Assembly (NCBI RefSeq): GCF_009914755.1
Contig: NC_060939.1
Source: the human T2T-CHM13v2.0 reference genome, Homo sapiens
Length of the DNA: 64,000 nt
Strand: one strand, 5' to 3'
Below the pieces are notes generated by a model. That model saw only the letters and a list, made by a program, of their open reading frames with translations. It had not been told where the DNA came from and searched no databases. Positions 11,234 to 23,860 of this stretch are shown piece after piece; the first letter of the stretch is position 1, and each line of letters starts with the position of its first letter. The position numbers were made by a program, and so were the translations under genes.

Positions 11234-14200
11234 TTTTTTAATTATACTTTAAGTGATGGGATACATGTGCAGAACGTGCAGGTTTGTTACATAGCTATAC
11301 ATATGCCATGGTGGTTTGCTGCACCCATCAACCCGTCATCTATATTAGGTGTTTCTCCTAATGTTATTCCTCCCCTAGCCCCTCACCCCCCAACAGGCCC
11401 TGTTGTGTGATGTTCCCCTCCCTGTGTCCATGTGTTCTCATTGTTCAACTCTCCCTCATGAGGGAGAACATGCAGTGTTTGGTTTTCTGTTCCTGTGTTA
11501 GTTTGCTGAGGATGATGGTTTCCAGATTCATCCATGTCCTTGCAAAGAACATGAACTCATTCTTTTTTATGGCTGCATAGTATTCCGTAATGTATATGTG
11601 ACATATTTTCTTTATCCAGTCTATCACTGATGGGCATTCGGGTTGGTTCCAAGTCTTTGCTATTGTCAACGGTGCTGCAATAAACATACACGTGCATGTG
11701 TCTTTATAGTGGATTAATTGTTCATCCTTTGGGTATATACCCAGTAATGGGATTGCTGGGACAAATGGTATCTCTAGGCCTAGATCCTTGAGGAATTGCC
11801 ACAGTGTCTTCCACAATGGTTGAACTAATTTACCCTCCCACCAATAGTGTAAAAGCATTCCTATTTCTCTACATCCTCTCCAGCATCTGTTGTTTCCTGA
11901 CTTTTTAATGATTGCCATTCTAACTGGCATGAGATGCTATCTCACTGTGGTTTTGATTTGCATTTCTCTAATGACCAGCGATGATGACCTTTTTTTCATA
12001 TGTTTGTTGGTCTCATAAATGTTTTCTTTTGAGAAGTGTCTGCTCATATCCTTCACCCACTTTTTGATGGCGTTGTTTGTTTTTTTTCTTTTAAATTTGT
12101 CTAAGTTCCTTAGAGATTCTGGATATTAGCTCTTTGTCAGATGGATAGATTGCAAAAATTTTCTCCCATTCTGTAGGTTGCCTGTTCACTCCAATGACAG
12201 TTTCTTTTGCTGTGCAGAAGCTCTTTAGTTTAATTAGATCCCATTTGTCAATTTTGGCTTTTGTTGCCATTGCTTTTGGTGTTTTAGTCATGAAGTCCTT
12301 GCCCATGCCTATGTCCTGAATGGTATTGCCTAGGTTTTCTTCTAGGGTTTTTATGGTTTTAGGTCTTACATTTAAGTCTTTAATCCATCTTGAGTTAATT
12401 TTTGTGTAAAGTGTAAGGAAGGGGTCCAGTTTTAGTTTTCTGCATATGTCTAGCCAGTTTTCCATACACCATTTATTAAATAGCAAATCCTTTCCCCATT
12501 GCTTGTTTTTGTCAGGTTTGTCAGAGATCAGATGTTCTAGATGTGTGGCATTATTTCTGAGGCCCCTGTTCTGTTCCATTAGTCTATATATCTGTTTTGG
12601 TGTCAGCATCATGCTGTTTTGGTTACTGTAGCCTTATAGTATAGTTTGAAATCAGGTAGCATGATGCCTCCAGCTTTGTTTGTTTGTTTGTTTTTGCTTA
12701 GGATTGTCTTCGCTTTACAGTCTCTTTTTTGGTTCCATATGAAATGTAAAGTAGTTTTTTTTCTAATTCTGAGAAGAAAGTCAATGGTAGCTTGATGGGG
12801 ATAGCATTAAATCCATAAATTACTTTGGGCAGTATGGCTGTTTTTACAATATTGATTCTTCCTTTCCATGTCCATGAAATATTTTTCCATTTGTTTGTGT
12901 CCTCTCTTATTTCCTTGGGCAGTGGTTTGTAGTTCTCCTTGAAGAGATCCTTCACATCCCTTGTAAGTTGTATTCCTAGGTATTTTATTCTCTTTGTAGC
13001 AATTGTGAATGGGAGTTCACTCATTATTTGGTTCTCTGGTTGTCTATTATTGGTGTATAGGAATTGTTGTGATTTTTGCACATTGATTTTGTATCCTGAG
13101 ACTTTGCTGAAGTCGCTTATCAGCTTAAGGAGATTTTGGGCTGAGAGGAGGAGGTTTTCTAAATATACAATCATGTCATCTGCAAACAGAGATAATTTGA
13201 CTTCCTCTCTTTCTATTTGAATACCTTTATTTCTTTCTCTGGCCTGATTGCTCTGGCCAGAGCTTCCAATACTATGTTGAATAGGAGGAGTGGTGAGGGA
13301 GGGCATCTTTGTCTTTTGCTGGTTTTCAAAGAGAATGCTTCCAGTTTATGCCCATTCAGTATGATATTGGCCGTGGATTTGTCATGAATAGCTCTTATTA
13401 TTTTGAAATATGTTCCATCAATACCTAGTTTATTGAAAGTTTTTAGCATGAAGTGGTGTTGAATTTTATTGACGGCCTTTTCTGCTTCTATTGAGATAAT
13501 TGTGTGTTTTTTTCCATTGGTTCTGTTTATGTGATGGATTATGTTTATTGATTTGTGTATGTTGAACCAGCCTTGCATCCCAGGGATGAAGCCGACTTGA
13601 TCATGGTGGATCAGCTTCTTTATGTGCTGCTGGATTTGGTTGGCCAGTATTTTATTGAGGATTTTTGCATCAATGTTTATCAGGGATATAGGCTTGAAAT
13701 TTTTTTGATGTTGTGTCTCTGACAGGTTTTGGTATCAGGATGATGCTGGCTTCATAAAATGAGTTAGGGTGGAGTCCCTCTTTTTCTGTTGTTTGGAATA
13801 GTTTCAGAAGGAATGGTACCAGCACCTCTTTGTACCTCTGGAAGAATTCATCTGTGAATCTGTCTTGACCTGGGCTTTTTTTGGTTGGTAGGCAATTAAT
13901 TACTGCCTCAATTTCAGAACTTGTTATTGGTCTCTTCAGAGATTCGACCTCTTCCTGGTTTAGTTTTGGGAGGGTGTGTGTGTCCAGGAAGTTATCCATT
14001 TCCTCTGATTTTCTAGTTTATTTGTATAGAGGTGCTTATAGTATTCTCTAATGGTAGTTTGTATTTCTGTGGGATGAGTGACGATATGCCTTTCCTCATT
14101 TTTTATTGTGTCTATTTGATTCTTCTCTCTTTTCTTCTTTATTAGTCTGGCTAGCAGTCTATCTATTTTGTTAATCTTTTCAAAAAATCACCTACTGGAT

Positions 14201-17200
14201 TCACTGATTTTTTGAAGGGATTTTTGTGTCTCTATCTCTTTCAGTTCTGCTCTGATCTTAGTTATTTCTTGTCTTCTGCTAGCTTTTGAATTAGTTTGCT
14301 CTCGCTTCTCTAGTTCTTTAATTGTGATGTTAGTGTGTTGATTTTAGATCTTTCATGCTTCCTCTTGTGGGCATTTAGTGCTATAAATTTCCCTCTAAAC
14401 ACTGCTTTAGCTGGGTCCCAGAGATTCTGGTACATTGTATCTTTGTTCTCATTGGTTTCAAAGAACTTATTTATTTCTGCCTTAATTTCATTATTTACCC
14501 AGTAGTCATTCAGGAGCAGCTTGTTCAGTTTTCATGTACTTGAGCAGTTTTGAAGAGTTTCTTAATCCTGAGTTCTAATTTGATTGCACTGTGGTCTGGG
14601 AGACTGTTTGTTCTGATTTCCATTCTTTTGTATTTGCTGAAGAGTGTTTTACTTCCAATAATATGGTCAGTTTTAGAATAAGTGTGATGTGGTGCTGAGA
14701 AGAATGTATATTCTGTTGATTTGGGGTGGAGATTTATGTAGATGTCCATTAGATCCACTTGGTCCAGAGCTGAGTTCAAGTTCTGAATATCCTTGTTAAT
14801 TTTCTGTCTCATTGATCTGTCAAATATTGACAGTGAGGTGTTAAAGTCTCCAGCTATTATTGTGCGGGAGTCTAAGTCTCTTTGTAGGTCTCTAAGAACT
14901 TGCTTTATGAATCTGGGTGCTCCTGTATTGGGTGAATATATATTTAGGATAGTTAGCTCTTCTCGTTGCATTGATACCTTTACCATTAGGTAATCCTCTT
15001 CTTTGTCTTTTTTGATGTTTGTTGGTTTAAAGTCTGTTTTATAACACACTAGGGGTGCAACCACTATTTTTTTTTCTTTCCATTTGATTGGTAAATATTC
15101 CTGCATCCCTTTATTTTGAGACCTTGGTGAGTCTTTGCACATGAGATGCGTCTCCTGACTACAGCACACCAATGGGTCTTGAGTCTTGATCTAATTTGTC
15201 AGTCTCTGTGTTTTAATTGGGGCATTTAGCCTGTTTACATTTAAGGTTAACATTGTTATGTATAAATTTGATCCTGTCATTATGATGTTAGCTGATTGTT
15301 GTGCCCATTAGTTGATGTAGTTTCTTCATACTGTTGATGATCTTTACAATTTGGTATGTTTTTGCAGTGGCTGGTACTGGTTTTTCCTTTCCATATTTAG
15401 TGCTTCCCTCAGAAGCTCTTGTAAGGCAGGCCTGGTGGTGCAAAAAATCTCAGTATTTGCTTGTCTGTAAAGGTTTTTATTTATCCTTTGCTTATGAAGT
15501 TTAGTTTGGCTGGATATGAAATTCTGGGTTGAAAATTCTTTTCTTTAAGAATATTGAATATTGGCCCCCACTCTCTTCTGGCTTGTAGGGTTTCTGCAGA
15601 GAGATCTGCTGATAGTCTGATGGGCTTCCCTTTACGGGTAAACCGACCTTTCTCTCTGGCTGCCCTTAACATTTTTTCATTCATTTCAACCTTGGTGAAT
15701 CTGAAGATTATGTGTCTTGCAGTTGCTCTTCCCGAGGAGTATCTCTGTATTTCCTGAATTTGAATGTTGGCCTGTCTTGCTAGGTTGGGAAAGTTCTCCT
15801 GGATAATATCCTGAAGAGTGTTTTCCAACTTGGTTCCATTCTCCCCATCACTTTCAGGTACACCAGTCAAACGAAGGTTTGGTCTTATCACATACTCCAA
15901 TATTTCTTGGAGGCTTTGTTCATTCCTTTCATTCTTTTTTCTCTAATCTTGTGTTCACACTTTATTTCATTAAATTGGTCTTGAATCTCTGATATCCTTT
16001 CTTCCACTTGTTCAATTCAACTATTGATATTTGTGTATGCGTCACGAAGTTGTTGTGCTGTGTTTTACAGCTCCATCAGGTAATTTATGTTCTTCTTTAA
16101 ACTGGTTATTCTAGTTAGCAATTCGTCTAACCTTTTTTCAAGGTTCTTAGCTTCCCTGCATTGGGTTAGAACACGCTCCTTTGCCTCAGAGGAGTTTGTT
16201 ATTACCCACCTTCTGATGCCTCCTTCTGTCAGTTCGTCAAACTCATTTTCCGTCCAGTTTTGTTCCCCTTGCTGATGAGGAGTTGTGATCCTTTAGAGGA
16301 GAAGAGGTGTTCTGGTTTTGGGAATTTTAAGCCCTTTTGAACTGGTTTATCCTCATCTTTGTGGATTTATCTACCTTTGGTCTTTGATGTTGGTGACCTT
16401 CAGATGGGGTTTCTGTGTGGACGTCCTTTTTGTTGATGTTGATACTATTCCTTTCTGTTTGTTAGTTTTCCTTCTAAAAGTCAGGCCTCTCAGCTGCAGG
16501 TCTGCTGAGTTTGCTGGAGATCCACTCTAGATCCTATTTGCCTGGGTATCACCAGCAGAGACTGCAGAACAGCAAAGATTGCTGCCTGCTTCTTCTTCTG
16601 ATTCGTCCTAGAGGGGCACCTGCCAGATGCCTGCTGGAGCACTCCTGTATGAGGAGTCTGTCAACCCCTGTTGGGAGGTGTCTCCCAGTCAGGAGGCATG
16701 GGGGCCAGGGACCCACTGGAAGAGGCGGTCTGTCCCTTAGCAGCGTGGACCGCTGTGTTGGGAGATCTGCTCATCTCTTCAGAGCCAGCAGGCAGGAATG
16801 TTTAAGTCTGCTGAAGCTGTGTCCACAGCCACCCCTTCCCCCAAGTGCTCTGTCCCAGGGAGATGGGGGTTTTATCTATAAGCCCCTGACTGGGACAGTT
16901 GCCTTTTTTTCCGAGATGCCCTGCATAGCGAGGAGGAATCTAGAAAGGCAGTCTAGCTACAGCAGCTTTGCTGAGCTGTGGTGGGCTCCGGCCAGTTTGA
17001 ACTTCCAGGTGACTCTGTTTACACTGTGAGGGGAAAACTGCCTTCTCAAGCCTCAGTAATGGCAAACGCCCATCCGCCCACCAAGCTCGAGCATCCCAGG
17101 TCAACTTCAGACTGCTGTCCGGGCAGCAAGAATCTCAAGCCAGTGGATTTTAGCTTGCTGGGCTCTGTAGGGGGGGATCCATTGAGCTAGACCACTTGGC

Positions 17201-17630
17201 TCCCTGCCTTCAGCCCCCTTTCCAGGGGAGTGAAAGGTGCTCTCTCGCTGGCGTTCCAGGTGCCACAGGAGTATAAAAAAAAAAAAACAACTCTTGCAGC
17301 TAGCTTGGTGTCTGCCCAAATGGCCCGGTTTTGTGGTTGAAACCCAGGGTCCTGGTGGTGTAGGAACCCGAGGGAATCTCCTGGTCTGCGGGTTTTGAAG
17401 ACCGTGGGAAAAGTGTAGTATCTGGGCCAGAGTGCACCTTTCCTCAGGGCACAGTCTCTCACCGGGCACAGTCCCTCACGGCCTCCCTTGGCTAGGGGAG
17501 GGAGTTCCCTGACCCACTGGACTTCCTGGGGGAGGTGACACCCCACCCTGCTTCAACTCGCCCTCCGTGGGCTGCACCCACTGTCTAACCAGTCCCAATG
17601 AGATGACCCTCAGTTCGAAATGCTGACATC
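11234..17630 (-). mobile_element. Near-full-length LINE-1 (L1PA7-like), inactive
   Basis: Minus-strand ORF1 fragment (15481-15900) and ORF2 fragments (endonuclease 14525-15172, RT with FADDM 12698-13306, C-terminal 11445-11930) broken by stops and frameshifts. 3'UTR at ~11240-11440 and 5'UTR at ~16300-17630, missing its extreme 5' end. Confidence 0.95.
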
Positions 17631-19848
17631 GGCGAACGCAGGAGGCCATGGCCGCCACCGCCACTGCCTCCGAGGCCGGGCGCAGAAGAGCCGCCGCTGT
17701 GAGCGGCGCAGTCCCGGCCCCCGCCGCCGCCCGAGGAGAACGGGAGGGCGGGCGAGAGAGCCGGGGAGTTGCGGAGCCCGCCCGCCGCCGGCAGCACCGC
17801 TCCCCAGGGAGGGAGTCCACAGCCTGAGGTTATATCTTAAGTGTGGTGCTGCTAACATTGCCCAGGCAACATCTGGTTCAGCTTTATCTATATTTTTTGA
17901 CTGCTCTGCTTTTCTATACTGGACATCAAATTTCCAGGGACTACGTTCGGAGTGAACTGCGGTTTGCCTATGAGGGACCAATGTATTTAGAACCTCTCTC
18001 TATGAATCGGTTTACCACAGCCTTAATAGGTCAGTTGGTGGTGTGTACTTTATGCTCCTGTGTCATGAAAACAAAGCAGATTTGGCTGTTTTCAGCTCAC
18101 GTGCTTCCTCTGCTAGCACGACTCTGCCTGGTTCCTTTGGAGACAATTGTTATCATCAATAAATTTGCTATGATTTTTACTGGATTGGAAGTTCTCTATT
18201 TTCTTGGGTCTAATCTTTTGCTACCTTATAACCTTGCTAAATCTGCATACAGAGAATTGGTTCAGGTAGTGGAGGTATATGGCCTTCTCACCTTGGGAAT
18301 GTCCTTGTGGAATCAACTGGTAGTCCCTGTTCTTTTCATGGTTTTCTGGCTCATCTTATTTGCTCTTCAGATTTACTCCTATTTCAGTACTCGAGATCAG
18401 CCGGCATCACGTGAGAGGCTTCTTTTCCTTTTTCTGACAAGTATTGCAGAATGCTGCAGCACTCCTTACTCTCTTTTGGGTTTGGTCTTCACGGTTTCTT
18501 TTGTTGCCTTGGGTGTTCTCACACTCTGCGAGTTTTACTTGCAGGGTTATCGAGCTTTCAGGAATGATCCTGCCATGAATTGGAGCATGACAGAAGGAGT
18601 AACGCTGTTAATCCTGGCAGTGCAGACTGGGCTGATAGAACTGCAGGTTGTTCATCGGGCATTCCTGCTCAGTATTATCCTTTTCATTGTTGCAGCTTCT
18701 ATCCTACAGTCTATGTTAGAAATTGCAGATCCTATTGTTTTGGCACTGGGAGCATCCAGAGACAAGAGCTTGTGGAAACACTTCCGTGCTGTGCGACTTT
18801 GTTTATTTTTATTGGTATTCCCTGCTCATATGGCTTATATGATTTGCCAGTTTTTCCACCTGGATTTTTGGCTTCTTATCATTATTTCCAGCAGCATTCT
18901 TACCTCTCTTCAGGTTCTGGGAACACTTTTTATTTATGTCTGATTTATGGTTGAGGAATTCAGAAAAGAGCCGGTGGAAAACATGGATGATGTCATCTAC
19001 TATGTGAATGGCACTTACCACCTGCTGGAGTTTCTTGCGGCCGTCTGTATGGTGGCCTATTGCGTCTCAGAGACCATCTTTGGAGAATGGACAGTGATGG
19101 GCTCAATGATCATCCATTCATTCCTACTATAACGTGTGGCTTCAGGCCCAGCTGGGGTGGAAGAGCTTTCTTCTCCACAGGGATGCTGTGAATAAGATTA
19201 AATCGTTACCCATTGCTACGAAAGAGCAGCTTGAGAAACACAATGATATTTGTGCCATCTGTTATCAGGTAACTCCTTCGATAAGAATCTGTTTGGGACA
19301 TGAAATCTGCTGTGATCACGCCTTGCGTTCATTTTTTCCATGCAGGCTGTCTTAAGAAATGGCTGTATGTCCAGGAGACCTGCCCTCTGTGCCACTACCA
19401 CCTGAAAAACTCCTCCCAGCTTCCAGGATTAGGAACTGAGCCAGTTCTACAGCCTCATGCTGGAGCTGAGCAAAACATCATGTTTCAGGAAGGAACTGAA
19501 CCCCCAGGCCAAGAGCATACTCCAGGGACCAGGATACAGGAAGGTTCTAGGGACAATAATGAGCGCATCGCCAGACAACCAGATAGCCAGGAAGGGGCTT
19601 TTGACCCCAAAGAATATCTTCACAGTGCAAAAGATGAAGCACATCCTGTTGAATCAGCCTAGAGGAGAAGCAGCAGGAATGATGCTTTCATACTCTGGAG
19701 GAGAAGTTAACTCAAGATGGAATTCATGTTCTGATTTGAGGAATGAAAATGAGATGATCAGGCAGGAAACTGACATTCCAAGGATCTAATCCAGGAAGTA
19801 CTCTCAGTGGGGACCACCTGCTTTCATCCCCTGACATTGTGGGAGAAA
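17631..19848 (+). pseudogene. RNF145: Processed pseudogene of RNF145 (sterol-responsive ER RING-H2 E3 ligase)
   Basis: Intronless match to the RNF145 protein from GYILSVVLLTLPRQH to the C-terminus DEAHPVESA* (19662), with GC-rich 5'UTR and partial 3'UTR. Lesions: TGA at 18941-18943, 2-nt deletion near 19115, 28-nt insertion at 19269-19296. The ATG-bearing exon is absent. Symbol is that of the parent gene. Confidence 0.95.
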
Positions 19849-19950
19849 GACAAATAGGAAGCTCTTCTATTAGGGCAATGTAGAGCTTGTGCTTTACTTA
19901 TGTGACAGATATAGATATTTTGAATATTTTAAAATTAGGTATGATATTCT

Positions 19951-20245
19951 ACCAAACACTATATATAGTGTTTATATATATATAACAAAATAAACACTAT
20001 ATATATATTATATATAATAAAATAAACACTATATATACCAAACACTATATATAGTGTTTATATATATAACAAAATAAACACTATATATATTATATATAAT
20101 AAACACTATATATATACCAAACACTATATATAATGTTTATATATATATAAAACAAAATAACACTATATAATTCTATTGGTATAATTAATATATATGTAAG
20201 ACAAAATAAACACTATATATAGAGTATATATATATATGTAACAAA
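19951..20245. repeat. AT-rich minisatellite (~80-86 bp period) containing perfect 20-bp palindromes
   Basis: AAACACTATATATAGTGTTT at 19954-19973 and 20040-20059; repeated AAACACTATATA units. Confidence 0.9.
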
Positions 20246-20609
20246 ATTTTGTGATACCTTGAAATTTAAGGTTGAATATTTGTATACATTCCAAGATAAA
20301 TCTTGGTGAACATCATAAAATTAATTCTAATATTTTTTGTGCAAGATGATCACTTTCAAACTAGGTTTGACAACAGAGACCAGATGTATCTTTCCACCAG
20401 AAATACTTGTAAAACATAGTGAAATTTCTTAAATTCAATTTTATGATGTGTGACAACAGGTAACAAGGACAGTAATTGCTGAGAGGTGGGAAATAAACAA
20501 AAGGAGTCCTCTGATGAATGCACGCTCAGATGCTTCCTTAAGGGAGTTTCCAGGCACAGTGCTGAAGTGGAACCAGGTAGAACTGAAGTTGAGGAAAAAG
20601 AGCTGAGAC

Positions 20610-22330
20610 TGACCATGGACTTGTCCTGGCCAATTTCCGGAGGCTGTGCACTGTGTGTCTTTCTGCCCCTGCACAAAGCCGTTTTCGTGTACAGAGCCAG
20701 ATTGTAATTCGTCTAGTTCTCATGTCCTCACCCAAAAGCAAATATGAAATGCATGTAACGTTTGTGTTTGCTTATTACACATGAGAGCCTGCCTGTCATG
20801 TGACTATCAATAGGTCCTTCTATAGCCTGCTGAGTGTGTACGCTTGGCCAATCCATTCGCATGAATTCATTTCTTGTCTTTCCCTCTCTTGAAGTGCCTG
20901 CTCACAGTCTCTGTGGGAGGCTTTGCTTTCCAGCCTGTTAAGATGGCCGTCCTGCAGCTCCAACCCTTTTTCAGAAATAAAATCTCCTTTCTAAATTGAT
21001 AGATTGGGTGATTCTTCCATTGAAAGCACAAGCTGGTGCGAAGAGTTACATGGTAATTCCATAAATGCCTGGAGGAGAAGCAGGGAAAGGGTAGGGTAAG
21101 AACTGGGGGCCACACACCTCACACTTTTATGGAATTTCCCTCCAAAAGCTTCTGGGTTCTCAAGACGAGAATTCAAACAGATGCCCTCATGGCTCTGTCA
21201 TCAGGAGAACTATTTTCTGATAAATATGCCCAGAACTTTCTCCAGACAGACCCTACAAAGAAAAAATACTTTTCAAGATCTTTATTCTATGTGAGAGGAA
21301 GGGATTCTTTTCCATCCCAGACAGCTTCATCTTAGCCTTCCCGTGTCATGAAAAGGGGTATAATTAATAAACAACTGGGGTCAGATTCAAGACAATAATC
21401 TGTGTATGCTACAGCCAGGAGGTGGAGTAGAGGACAGAGGAAAATCAGCTGTATGACTGGAGACTCCTTGTAAAGGGTACAGCCTAAAGAAAGCACAGCA
21501 AGAAATCATTGAACATATACTGCTCCCCTGCCCACCATATCACCTGCTCACTAGGATTAAGATGGATTAAAGAGAAAAGTTTTGCAAGGCACATGCTCTG
21601 TCTAAGGACTAGAACTTAGGGAAACCAAAGGCAATGGGAGAGAACAAGTCAAGTACAGTGAAGTGATTTAAAGCCTCTGAAAGCAACAGCTTCAGGACCA
21701 AGATCACGGCCCCTCCCTCAATGACCTTAGATTTTCCTCTCGTGGGGCGTCTGCAGGGCTCTCAGGTGAGAATTGGCAAAGAATGTGAAGGCACTTTCCA
21801 AATCTCCAATAGTACTGAGCTTGCTTTAGCTCTGCTTGGAAAAAACAAACAACAAAACAACAAACATAAGCAGGACTAGGGTCAGAGTCGGAAGCACTTT
21901 TCATTGGCAAGACACTAGGAAGGAGGGCAAATTTGAGGTTTGTTACTGTGCAAATATTCCACTGTGAGTGTGGGGGCAGGGGCTTTGAGAAACAGGGTCT
22001 GTGCATAAAGTTCTAATCTGATATAATCTTCAACCACAGAATCCTAAAAAAAAGAGGCTGCCCCAAAGTCCCCATCAGTTCCTGCACTTGCCATGTGTCT
22101 GGAGGTATCAGTGCATATGGAGCTCCAGGGGAGGGGCCTCCTGGTGGCTTTAGTGATTCCTTGCTTGCTGCGCTGAAGTATCCCAATAGATTGCTGGGTT
22201 TTCTAAGGCCTATTCCTATTGTAAGAGGTGGTGTGAGAAGCAATTGCTGTCACTGAGGGAACATTCTGAGCCAGGACACATCCACTTCATACTGGGCTTG
22301 AGATGCTTGGAGAAAAATGCTCTGTGAGCC
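20610..22330 (+). repeat. Copy 2 of the IGH-derived duplication (partial MER39-like LTR plus IGHV 3' relic), truncated
   Basis: Colinear with 4080-5840. Ends in the relic RSS spacer (TCTGTGAGCC) where Alu sequence begins. Confidence 0.9.
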
Positions 22331-22500
22331 AGCTGGGATTACAAGTGTGTGGTGTCACACCCGGCTCACTTTGTATTTTTAGTAGAGATGGGGTTTCACC
22401 ATGCTGGCCAGGCTGGTTTCGAACTCCTGACCTCAGGTGATCCACCCGCCTCTGCATCCCAATGCGCTGGGATTACAGGCGTGAGCCATCAGGCCTGGCC
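22331..22500 (-). mobile_element. Partial AluS (left arm and linker; most of right arm and tail missing)
   Basis: AGCTGGGATTACA...TTGTATTTTTAGTAGAGATGGGGTTTCACC...CCTGGCC; no poly(T). Confidence 0.9.
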
Positions 22501-23465
22501 TGGAATAGTTAATATTTGCTATGTAAACCTCCACGTGATGCAAATATGAAACAAATGCCCACGTGCAATGTCTGTCCCATAATCATTCTGTGAACACATG
22601 AATAGCACTGAGTATGCACAGGGCTTGATTCCTTCTTGACCCTGGGTCTGGTTTCCTTTAAGGTAACCTTGAGTCAATGAGCCATTAGTAGAGGGTGGTA
22701 TTCTACAGCCGAGTAGGCAGAAAAATAGACTGATCTTCTTTTGAGTTACAAATAAATACACTTTGAAATAGTAGAAATTCTTATAAATGAGCCGTAATCA
22801 TATGAAAAAATGATGTGGTGGAACTTCTTTGGTGTCTGTGGCTGTTAAAGACAACGTGATTTTTACTAAAAACCAAGATAATTTTAAAAAATCTGTGAGG
22901 GATGAATATTCTTCGCCATTCACCAAGTTTGTAATCGGACGTCTTCCATAAGCTGCCCTTGAAAAAGTCACCAGTACAATTTTGTCTTTGTCAAAGTTGA
23001 TTGCAGTAGCATGCTATTTGCTTATTCATATCTAGAGTCAAAATAAAGTAGCAATTCCCAAAGTGCAACAGAAGCTCTTCTAATTTCAACATGAAAATTA
23101 CTGAAGTATTTGTTTAAACTGATGTCTTCTATTGTTTTCCTTTTCCATCTTCAAAGAAGACCCAGGGCTGAAGCCAGCAGCCCTGCCTGTGCCCTGCCTG
23201 CACCCTGCCCTTCCTCATGCCCAAGGCTGACAATGCCTTTGTTTCCCAGCATCTATGTTATGTTGAGGTATTTCTATGCATATAATACCTTGTTCAGAAG
23301 CTTTTGAATTCTTTTCTATGAAAATTTCCTGGTTTTACCTTAATAATAAAAATAGTAACATGAACACCTCAAGTCTGTTGTAAGCCTCAATTAGGATAAG
23401 GTGGTCCTAGGGAAATGGAGGCTTTAGAGAAATGTGCGTATGGGTAATGTAGTCACCATCTGGGA

Positions 23466-23860
23466 CAGTGCTTCTCAAAGTGAGGTCCTTGCATCGACAG
23501 CATCTACATCATCTAGAAATAGGTTAGACACAGAAACCAGGAACTCCGGGGGAAGGCTCAGGTGTAGGCAGCTTCACAAGCTCCTTCGGGGATTCTTTGC
23601 AGGCTCTAGTTTAAGAACCATTGATCTAAGAAAATGGAGACTGGTTTTGGTGTAATATCAGCCTTACTAGTAATTTAAGCCTTATTTGGGGCAGTGGCTC
23701 TCAACTGTGAGCAATTTTGCCCAGTAAGGGTCATGGGCAAGGACTGGAGATGAATTTGTTTGCCACAGTTGGGCAGGTGGGCAGAGGCTCCCCAAACCGA
23801 GGAGTCAAAGAATTCTCCAGCCCAAACTGTCAATAATGAGAGGGCTAAGAAACCCTGATC
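23466..23860. mobile_element. MER5A-like (23466-23623) and MER20-like (23691-23860) DNA transposon fossils
   Basis: CAGTGCTTCTCAAAGTG...TTAAGAACCATTG and CAGTGGCTCTCAAC...AAGAAACCCTG termini. Confidence 0.6.

Noticed and set aside
11234-17630. Active LINE-1
   Set aside because: ORF1 and ORF2 are both fragmented by stops and frameshifts, and the extreme 5' end is missing.
19951-20245. CRISPR-like repeat-spacer array
   Set aside because: Spacers are low-complexity TA variants of the repeat itself; primate DNA, no cas genes.
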